DNA of 64,000 nt, taken from NCBI GenBank assembly GCA_001662655.1, contig KV460247.1. One strand, written 5' to 3'. This document shows positions 1 through 9,086 of the stretch, piece by piece. This DNA comes from Pseudogymnoascus verrucosus (lineage: Eukaryota). The notes beneath the pieces were generated by a model that ran no database searches, was not told the DNA's origin, and saw only the letters and a program-made list of their open reading frames with translations. Position 1 is the first letter of the stretch, and every line of letters starts with the position of its first letter. The position numbers were made by a program, and so were the translations under genes.

Positions 1-910
1 GACCATCCTCAAGCCCAGGTTGTGAACGTGGAAGTTGACGAGCTGTATGTTGAATCTAGAAGGTTAGGGGATATAAGCTCATACGTGCCACAGATTTCGA
101 CAACGCTTCAAGTCTCTCATCGACCAGTACGAACTTCGAGAGCTCCATTTTCACTCACTCATGCGGACGAAGGAACTCGAGGTGCAGTACAATATGGCAC
201 GGTACGAGCGAGAACGGAAAGCCGCTGAGCAAGAGATGGCTAGGTCTAGGACGTTAAATACGCAGGTATTGACTTTCTCGAAGACCGAGTCTGAGCTAAG
301 GAGCCAACTCAACATCTATGTCGACAAGTTCAAGCAGGTGCGTTACTCATGGTGCCCATTTCCTAGTTGAGTCGGTCATACTAACCATTAACAGGTCGAG
401 GATACATTGAACAATAGCAATGATCTGTTCATGACTTTCCGTATGGAAATGGAGGAGATGTCTAAGAAAACGAAACGCCTCGAGAAGGAAAACATGACTC
501 TGACTCGCAAGCATGACCTAACTAATCGCAATATTATTGAGATGGCGGAAGAGCGAACCAAGACGACTCGCGAACTGCAGACTCTCCGTAAAAAGAACGA
601 GAAGTTAACCGACATCATCAACCAGATGCAGAAACAAGGTAGGGGTTTGGCACAAGGCATGGCTGGCATGATGGAGGGGGCTGTAGAAGGAAGCTATGCC
701 GAGGGCGAAGGCGATCCAGAAGGAACGGAAAGCGAGTATGAGTACGAAGACGAAGACGAGGAGGAAGGTAGTGAGGAGGGGGAATACGATGAGGACACGG
801 AGGAAGAGCTGCACCCAGAGGCACCTCAACCTTTTGGCCCGGTTCCCCCTCCGCCGCCTCCGCCGCAGGCGACAACCAATGGCTCTATGGCCAATGGTGT
901 CAAGCATTGA
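1..910 (+). CDS. Taxilin-family (myosin-like coiled-coil) protein, 3' part; exons <1-44, 94-337, 395-910
   Basis: GT-AG introns 45-93 and 338-394 join the ORFs. ESELRSQLNIYVDKFKQVEDTLNNSNDLFMTFRMEMEEMSKKTKRLEKEN is the typical taxilin C-terminal core, followed by an acidic tail. Confidence 0.85.
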
Positions 911-1452
911 TGCGTGTATTATTTAGTACTATTACCTAGGTTCTGCTGTCGACACCGTGTGAAGGCAAATTATATATGTTGGCAGCCATTTGTCTCTTCA
1001 TGAAGTGCTGATGCGATGCTGGGCCAGAATCTCCCGAGACAGTATTTACTGCACAACAAGATAGTCAGTTCCCATGATAAGAAGATGTAACCACAACGCC
1101 AATGAGGCACGCTATTGCGCATACTCTCCGTGCCTCCTGCCGTACAAAGCCTCACTTGCGTCATTGAGGGTTCACACATAAAAGCTCCAGGGGTCTCGCA
1201 AAAGTGGGGGCTGCCTTAGCCTGGGTTTGTATGCGGCACTGTGGGCTGACGTCACGTGCACGAGGCTAATCTAATCACGGACGACAGCTCTTAGCCCATC
1301 ATCCCGCAAAGCGGTTACGCAACAAGCACAGAATGCCGATGATAACAGCAATTGATTCAAGAATACCGCTATACTGTAGTTGCTATTCGATAGTGGCAGC
1401 GATTACTTTTACTCCACTCATGGAATGATCGCCTGTCCCCTCGGCACCTACA

Positions 1453-2814
1453 ATGGCTACCCTCCTCGAAGATCCCCGGATCCGCCAGACGTGGAACAAC
1501 ATCTCGCATAATGCTGAGACCGCGACGGAGACTGCGGCGGCTGGAATATGGTCATTTGTGCACGATTACATCAATCCATGCTTTGCGTCGATGGGAGAGA
1601 GCGTCGAACAATGCATGACACAATGCTTCCCCGATCGCGAAGAGAGGGCGAGGCGACTGCGCGAGCGCGACAGAGCTAGAGGCAGGGCAGAGTATAGCTT
1701 CGACTTCTACGATGATTGGGATGATGAAGAAGCTGGGGCCAGTGGTGGACTTCTAGGATGGGGGAATGATGAGCTTGACAGGTTGCTGGCTGGAAGCGGG
1801 TCGAATAGCCATGGGCCAGACGATCAGCCGTCAGGAAGGAAGAGGAAAATGAGTTATGGGACCAGGCGCACTCCAAAGCGGAGAGGAACCATTGATGGCT
1901 TACCAGATCCGACAATTATCCCGAGCACCAGTGCCCTTGGATTCTTACAACGTCTCCCATTCAAGTTTGGTGGGACGTTGAGATACAAGCCAAGCGCAGC
2001 CGACTTGCAGGATCACCCTGGCGCGCACAGGGCAGAGCTTGGAGACGATGCTGAGGAAGAACCTCTTATAGACGATGACCATAGTGACTACAGTGATGCT
2101 GGAGATCTAAACATCAAAAAGACGCGGCCAAGAAGTTCTACTACCGCATCGGGAGACACTTCAGACTCGTTTAGGTCAAGGGGTGATCTCTTCCCTAGTG
2201 ATGGAGAAGACGATGCCGTTCCACTGAGTGATGAATTTGCGACCACTCTTGGACGGCGTGGTACCGTCACCACCTTAGAGGATCACAGCAGCGGTAAAAC
2301 AAGAAACAGTAGTAAAGGAAAGAGCCGTGAGCGATCGGCGGCAATGTCGAGGGCACTCTCGGTAACATCGCATTCCTCAAACCAGTCACTCACTGCTCTG
2401 GGATTTAAATCGGACAAATCGGCGGCGCAACTCTCGGATAGGCCAAATGAAGAGGACGGAAACGTACCGCATCTATCTGAGTTGCAACAGGAGGAGGAAC
2501 GGCTCCGACAACAAGAAGAAGCTGAGCTACAGTCAAAACGCGAGGCTGCTCTCAAGTTGGCTTCAGAGCGAGGGCTGGGCAGTGGCGAGCTTCGTTCAGG
2601 GTTGCAGACGCCCACGCGCCAGAGTTTGCATTCTCGCAATTCCGAAGACTATCTATCACCCAAAACAGCAAACGTTGAAGAGGTCGATACAAAGCCCAGC
2701 TCAGAATCTGCCATCGCCAATGGACTCACGAATGGCTCCTCAAACGAAGCCACATCTGACTCTGAGGAATCAGCAGAACCGGATTTTGTGCCAGCGAGAT
2801 TACCTCGGTTTTAA
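1453..2814 (+). CDS. Uncharacterised fungal protein, 453 aa, largely low-complexity/disordered
   Basis: Long single-exon ORF with ACAATGG start. Blocks such as FDFYDDWD, LLGWGNDELDRLL and SRGDLFPSDGEDDAVPL look conserved, but no domain was recognised. Confidence 0.8.
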   Translation: MATLLEDPRIRQTWNNISHNAETATETAAAGIWSFVHDYINPCFASMGESVEQCMTQCFPDREERARRLRERDRARGRAEYSFDFYDDWDDEEAGASGGLLGWGNDELDRLLAGSGSNSHGPDDQPSGRKRKMSYGTRRTPKRRGTIDGLPDPTIIPSTSALGFLQRLPFKFGGTLRYKPSAADLQDHPGAHRAELGDDAEEEPLIDDDHSDYSDAGDLNIKKTRPRSSTTASGDTSDSFRSRGDLFPSDGEDDAVPLSDEFATTLGRRGTVTTLEDHSSGKTRNSSKGKSRERSAAMSRALSVTSHSSNQSLTALGFKSDKSAAQLSDRPNEEDGNVPHLSELQQEEERLRQQEEAELQSKREAALKLASERGLGSGELRSGLQTPTRQSLHSRNSEDYLSPKTANVEEVDTKPSSESAIANGLTNGSSNEATSDSEESAEPDFVPARLPRF

Positions 2815-3060
2815 GGAATCATTATTTGCTTTTGGGCTTGGAGTATGACTTGGAAGGGACCTACATGGTGTATTAGGGAACAAGGAAAGGTGTCAGGCGT
2901 TATACGTGCATGCGAAGTGCTCGCCATGCTGGGTAATTGGGATAAATATAGGTGTATATACATTGTTACTAGAGGATATCAAATCTAGACCTTACTGTAC
3001 TCATACCTGGTTGACATGCTAACAGTAGCAAGAACCGATTCGCCTCATATGTGACACTCT

Positions 3061-4110
3061 TCACAACCTGCTCTGCTTACCACCGTTGAGATATGTCCCG
3101 CCTAGCTTCAACATGTCGGCGGCCTCAGAGACCATCTCCCTTACAATAACTCCGGCCGGCTTAATATCATTAATCGCCCCAGAAACCGAGCCCATCAAGA
3201 AGGGAATATCGATATCCACTCCATCATCGAAGTCCTTCTGGATAGGGACAACACCGCTCTCCGTCAGCTCCTTGATCTTCTCGGGCTGTGCCTCCCACTT
3301 CGCAATATAATCGTTCATCTTGACTCTCAACGGGCGTCCACTGACCACCAAAGTCCTCAGGGTATCATCAAAGCCAGCCGACACAACAGCCTCCTTGTGT
3401 TGCTCACTGCATCCAGCCTCAGTCGCCGCAACAAAGCGGGTTCCCACCCAAACACCAGCAGCTCCCTGCATCAAACTCGCCGCCAAACTACGTCCATTGT
3501 AGATACCACCTGCAGCAACGACCATCGCGGTCTGCCCCTTAAGAAGCTTCGGCCTGTACTGGCGCGCAACATCCACAACAGCTGGGATCAACACCGAGTT
3601 GGGGATGTTACCCGTGTGTCCGCCTCCCTCGCCTCCCTGCGCGCATACAATATCGACGCCAGCATCGAGAGCGTACTTTGCGTGCTTCGGCGCGCCAACC
3701 ATGTTCATGATAACGATGCCAGCATCGTGGAGGCGCTTAATCACATGTGGCGGCGGGATTCCGACGGCGCTGATGAACAACTTTGCGCCCTCCTCGATGG
3801 TGACGGTGATCAGCTCGTCCAGTTGGCCGTGGGTGTAATCGTGGTTGGTTTTGCGCGCGCCGTCGCCGACCTTAGGGAGAGCGAGATCAACACCGAAAGG
3901 GAGATCTTTAGAAGTGAGGTTCTCCTTGAGCTCGTGGATGATCTCGCGGAGCTGGTCGGGGGTGTAACCTAGACCGCCGATGCAGCCAATGCCGCCGGCG
4001 TTGGAGACGGCAGCTGCCAGGGGCCCACCTGATGTGCGTGCCATGCCAGCGAGCAGTATGGGGTGCTGGATGCCCAGGAGGGTGGTGAGAGGGGTGGTGA
4101 TTGGAGCCAT
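3061..4110 (-). CDS. Nitronate monooxygenase / 2-nitropropane dioxygenase family FMN oxidoreductase
   Basis: 349-aa ORF with LGIQHPILLAGM, LAAAVSNAGGIG, QGGEGGGH, VAAGGI and GVWVGTRF motifs. C-terminal SRL is a possible PTS1. Confidence 0.93.
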   Translation of the reverse strand: MAPITTPLTTLLGIQHPILLAGMARTSGGPLAAAVSNAGGIGCIGGLGYTPDQLREIIHELKENLTSKDLPFGVDLALPKVGDGARKTNHDYTHGQLDELITVTIEEGAKLFISAVGIPPPHVIKRLHDAGIVIMNMVGAPKHAKYALDAGVDIVCAQGGEGGGHTGNIPNSVLIPAVVDVARQYRPKLLKGQTAMVVAAGGIYNGRSLAASLMQGAAGVWVGTRFVAATEAGCSEQHKEAVVSAGFDDTLRTLVVSGRPLRVKMNDYIAKWEAQPEKIKELTESGVVPIQKDFDDGVDIDIPFLMGSVSGAINDIKPAGVIVREMVSEAADMLKLGGTYLNGGKQSRL

Positions 4111-5860
4111 GGTCAGGAGGTGCTTCGTGAAGGCGTGATAGATGAAATGGCTTGCTAGATGAAGGGTATTATTCTCAAAAACTCATGATTTACAAAGGTA
4201 TCCTCTATATAAGCGCAAGCGCTTGATGTGAATATCCGGGGGTGGCTTCATGAAGCTCGGTTGCGGATACAGAAAGTGTGGGGTATGTGGAGAAGTGTGC
4301 CGAGGCATGATATTTCCCCAAAAATGGGTCACCGCATCTTCCCAACAAAGTCAGTAAACTTTAGAAGGTTAAAACTAACACGTGATAACACCGAAATCAA
4401 GTGGCCATAAGGCAATCATCTTATCTTGCACCGAAGTCTACCGTAAGAAATAGCTGCAGCTGATTGACACTTTTAATTTAGAGTTAACCGGACCTATTCC
4501 TCCATGTCGGATATTCTGTTTGCCATGCTGACGACGATCTGAAATGTATCACAGAGTCCGGAGATGCACGACTCGTCCCTCTTCGGTTCATGCGACATGT
4601 TGATATCATGCCAGAAGAAGAGACGTGGCAGCGGAAGAAAGGCTATGAAGGCTGACCTGTGGGACTTCAACGGTTGTATTGATCACGTGATCTCATATTG
4701 ATGAGATGGAACCGGTGAGCTGTAAACGAACTTCATTCTCTCAACCACCCTATTCGACAATCATTTTGCGGACAACAGCCAACTACTTTAAGGCGTCTTC
4801 TCCTCGTATGGCAGACTGGTTTGCATCAAAAATCGGTGGCCAAGACAGCGAATCCATTCTCAACAAGGTGGGCAGCAAGGCATGAGCTAAGCCATGCCCA
4901 AGGAGGCCTGGATTCATGCCCAATGCTCGCACAACGCCCGGCTTTGCTGCCACCAAGGGCATCAACTGGGTCGGCAGAGGTGACAACATGTAGGTCGCTT
5001 CTCAATGTAACTTAAACTACTCTCGAGTTTCCACGTCTCTTGGGCGATGTTTCTCTAAACACCCCTGCTCTCTCCAATCGTCATGGCAAAATTTCTCACT
5101 GCACAACCACGTCTGCCCAACGCAGCCTAAGGGGCCCTAGTGGCCTGGCGCGTCGAATCGATTCGGGCCTCAAAGTCAGTCGACTCTGGCGTAGCAAATG
5201 GGCTAATTGCACGGTATGAGACGAGCCTAGCGAAGGTCATTGCGGGCTGCCGTGGACACCCTGACGTTGAATGCCATGTTTAATACGCTGGTTCGTAGTG
5301 GCCCGCAGCTCCCGGTCGATTCCACGAGAGGTTGCCCTGTTTCCAAATCATTTGCGCGCCCGGCTTCAGTGAGGCCAGTGAAGGATCGCTGTTTGCGAAA
5401 CCCCAAGCAGGATTTACAGGGCTATAGTTCCAGCAATGGTGTTAGGCCAGTGGTGGCCTAATTTCTCTCGCAATTACCATGCGGCGTCATGGTAGGAGCG
5501 CTGACCGCCCCATCATAATTGCGAGAATGGGTATTTATGTTTCTCGGTCTCCCCTCCGATCAAATACCTCACCAAAAGTCAAAGCACGTTGTCCCAAGCT
5601 GTTCTGTTGCAGTCAAGACTACATTTCCAAGCCTGGTCCTTTGCTTATACTCACCGACCCACCTGGATGTCGAGTTGCTGGTATCAACTTTCCTTATTAC
5701 GAGCCCAAGATCCGGATATTTCACTTCACTGGTATACCTATCTGCAAACCGCAGCGCTGGTGGTACCTCTGCCAATTTCTCTGTCTGACTCCTTATTCGG
5801 TTGGATCTCTCATTCGCCCTGATGTTTTCTTCTTCCGTGAGAAATGTCCAGCCGGACTAT

Positions 5861-6958
5861 ATGGATTACAGTCGTCCGATAGCGACTGGTCCTAACGATC
5901 TTCCCCGAAGGTACGAGACTTCATAGACAGTATTAAGATCGCTAGCTGACAAGGGTCAAGTGATGGCCATGGAAGTGGGCGAGCACCAGCTCCAGCAACT
6001 TCATACTATCCCTCCTCAAGGTATTTGTTTTGAACCCCAAGACAAAGAGTCTTACTGAACCTTATCCCCAAGCATCACATACGTTTCCAACTCGGTGACA
6101 TCCGCTTACAGTCCAACCTCTGTCATGGCACCTAGCGATCCCATGGACCGATCAGAACCTATCTACTCACCCAACGGATACCAGAAGGAGCCTATATCTG
6201 CCCCTTATGGAAATGGAGCCGCTCCCAACTACGGGTCTTACAGCAACCGTACATCTCCACCGCGGGAAGCAGGTGGGCGTATAACACCAGAGTACATCAT
6301 CACTAACTACCACGGCTCACCTGCTGCAACCGACCCGGCACTTGAAGCTTCAGGGCGGCCTCTGAGTGGGCCTCCCAACGCGGACCGAGTTCATCCACAA
6401 AGGCGTCCGTCCAACCGGGACGAGTTTGATGGGCCTCACCAGCTTCTACCCCGCCCTTCATCAGGATATCTTGAGCAAGACAGAGATCTACCCCACCTTC
6501 CTACCAACCTGGTAGTCCAGGAACAGGACATTATTCTTACCCGGGTTAATGAGCGCCTGTCGCGATGTGCGTTTGATTTTGTTGCCAAATACGAGTTTCC
6601 CATCCCCATAGACTCCAAGATGCGACCCGTGGAGCGCCCAGAGGACCGTGAGTGGACTGAATGGGTATACCTCTTGAAGCGTCTTGCTACCAAGCGTCGC
6701 ATTCCGGCTCGCGTTTTATATAACGGCCAGATCAAGCAGTTTGTCACTATCCTGGAGAACTCCCTGGAGATGAGGCATGCCGCCAGGAACCAGTCCAGAC
6801 CATTAAAGGATGACCGGAACATCTTACAATTAATATCAGCCGGAATCCAGGTGGCTAAATTACTGCGGGATGCGGACTCGATGTGTTATTTGGACCAGTT
6901 ATACGTTGCCACGGAGAAACAAATCCAGGAGAGGAGCCATAGCAGCCGCTATCGTTGA
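5861..6958 (+). CDS. Conserved uncharacterised fungal protein; exons 5861-5910, 5961-6020, 6073-6958
   Basis: Two GT-AG introns keep the frame from ATG 5861 into ORF 6095-6958. The C-terminal block AFDFVAKYEFPIP...EWTEWVYLLKRLATKRRIP...LENSLEMRH looks globular and conserved. Confidence 0.8.
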
Positions 6959-8348
6959 TTATTTTGGAACCCTTCGAATTTTAAATCCCTCAGGACCATG
7001 TTTAAATTTGGCATCCAGCCTAGGATTCAGTGGACACTTACTGGAAGGGTCACCCGCCACAGTGACCACAGTGCTCTCATTCCCGATGAGCAGGACCATG
7101 CAGGAGCCATTTTGCTACGCCGATATCCCCAAGGCTACGGTTCCATCCAGTGGAGGTGTTATTGGAGTAGCAGTTTACGCGTTGAAGGCGCTTGGAGTAT
7201 TGGATTTTGTGTGTTGGCCGTTCTGTTTAGCAATATGTGCCGGGGTTGATCCACGGATGGAGATTTTGCTGAAAGGAGCAAGTTGCACATGACGAGACTG
7301 GAAGGCGAGTTTATCCATTGGCTGCAGTATGTGTGTGTGTCTTTTTGTACACTTTTAGAGATCGCCCATACCCTAATTAAATCTCGATAAACAAACTGAC
7401 TGAGGCTTTGTGACCGAAAGTTCATACTGCTGATCTCAAAGGGGCTGAGGATCCTGCATCGCCATCGACGTTGTTCGCCTCATCTGCACGTTTGATGCAT
7501 TGCAAACACATCGCGAAATGATAAGAGCTATGCGGATGCATAATACCGCATCCGGATCCACCGGTGGGGAATGCAGGGCGGTTTGGATGCAGGTGCATTG
7601 ATAGGTTTCTGTGCCTCGGTCTAGACTTCATACGTTTATGGCTATAAAGCTCCCACGAATCCAACTCGTGGACAGCTTACTACAGCCTCGCCAATCCTTT
7701 TTTTTTTTGGCCGACTTCGAATGACCTGAGTCGCATTTTGAAGATGCCTCTCGCCAGCATATATTGGAGCACGCGTACATAACGAATGAGGGAAAGGGTT
7801 GCAGGCAGTGCAGTTTCTAGACGACAAATGTACGTGATGATCATGCAGAGTAATTTATAATACAGAATATATATGCTATTGGATAGTTTGTTTGTCCTGA
7901 TTAGTCCTCCTGGCGCACTGGTCTACGCCAACAGGGTGGATGGGACGGGCTGTCTAGGCCCTTTGTTCTTTATTCCACGAACGATATTTAAATAAGTGAC
8001 GCTCATGTCCATGAAAAGGATAAGAGGTAGGCAATATGTGGTTTGTGTTCATACAAAAAGAAAATAGTTGGCTGGTCTTGGCCGAGGCGCGCGCATGTCC
8101 TTGGCTTTGCCATGGAGAGGCAAAGACGACATTTGGCCTTATACTTACCAGTATCCCAAGAGCGGTGTCATGAGAGGCGGTTTGCATCATGATCCATTCC
8201 TTTAGATATGGCGAGGAAGTCGGGCTTCCCTTGTTGATTGTGACATTGTCAGTAGAGAATGGAGAATTCACAGACGGAGGAGAATTTCTTATATGAGCAT
8301 TAAGCGAAAAACTGTTAGCGCGGATGATCATGGAAACTGGAGCGATAA

Positions 8349-8356
8349 CACGTGAC
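8349..8356. promoter_or_regulatory. CACGTGAC E-box (Cbf1-type bHLH site) upstream of the snoRNA host transcript
   Basis: Exact GTCACGTG on the minus strand about 60 nt upstream of the host donor site. The same motif occurs near 1250 and near 51683. Function is inferred. Confidence 0.35.
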
Positions 8357-8417
8357 TGCGATTTTCATACAAATTCAAAATTCTCTCGCTGATCTGGTTC
8401 TCTTCTTCTTCATGGTA

Positions 8418-8559
8418 AGCACGACTAAATCAACCGTCGTCCAGATATTTCCAACTGGCCGATCGGTCAAATTTACGTGCTAGATGATTTTGGAGACGAC
8501 GAATAATTGGCAATGACTTGTGACCAAACAACCATTGCTGTCGACGACTCCAAACATTT
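8418..8559 (+). ncRNA. Box H/ACA snoRNA, probably intronic in a non-coding host
   Basis: Hairpin 1 (AGCACG/CGTGCT lower stem), H box AGATGA at 8482-8487, hairpin 2 (TTGGAG/CTCCAA lower stem, GCAATG/CATTGC upper stem), then ACA at 8554-8556 followed by TTT. Both pockets end 15 nt before their box. GTAAGC donor at 8415. Confidence 0.8.
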
Positions 8560-9086
8560 TCATATTTTCTTAACCTTTTTGGAGACCTGGTCTAGAACCT
8601 TTTGAGATCGGCGGATAAGCCGCTTCTCCAAGTTGGAGGGCTTCACTTATTGATATAATTAAAATATATTTACAGCTATCCATACCATAGCAATGCTACA
8701 ATGATATTATTTCTCTATCACAAAATATAGCTGGCGAAGGGTGCAGGTCCAACTAAACTTGCTTCGGTAACACCCGCAAACGGTTCCTCCTGAACCGTTA
8801 ACCAAACGATAAGGAGCCTCAAAAGGAGTACGTACCATACCTTGGATACGTTGCCGTTTTTGTAAATACGAGCTTCCCCGACAACATTTGCATGTGAATA
8901 GGGCGGCAGTTTTATATTTCTTCATTTATTGACCTTTCACTCGCTTTACCTATGATAATTTGCGACCGCCAGAGTACCAACCCACACCACGAAGCCATGT
9001 TGTGAAGCCCGATGTTCCAGAGATAAGCCGATAGATGACGTCCACCCCGTCTCCAACGCAAGAAGTGGCACATTGGCCTCCAGGCA

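Noticed and set aside
5479..5895. 138-aa ORF upstream of the 5861 gene
   Set aside because: It lies in the likely promoter/5'UTR, overlaps the real start out of frame and has no protein-like features. At most it is a uORF.
8036..8054. TGTGGTTTGTGTTCATAC, complementary with G-U pairs to recalled LSU GUGUGAAUACAAACCAU
   Set aside because: It is contiguous with no adjacent D/D' box or split H/ACA pocket, and needs several wobble pairs. Such matches are expected by chance.
8141..8300. ATACTTACC resembling the U1 snRNA 5' end
   Set aside because: It continues AG rather than UG, and there is no U1-70K loop (GAUCANGAAG), AUUGCAC loop or Sm site. It is better explained as the reverse complement of a GTAAGT donor.
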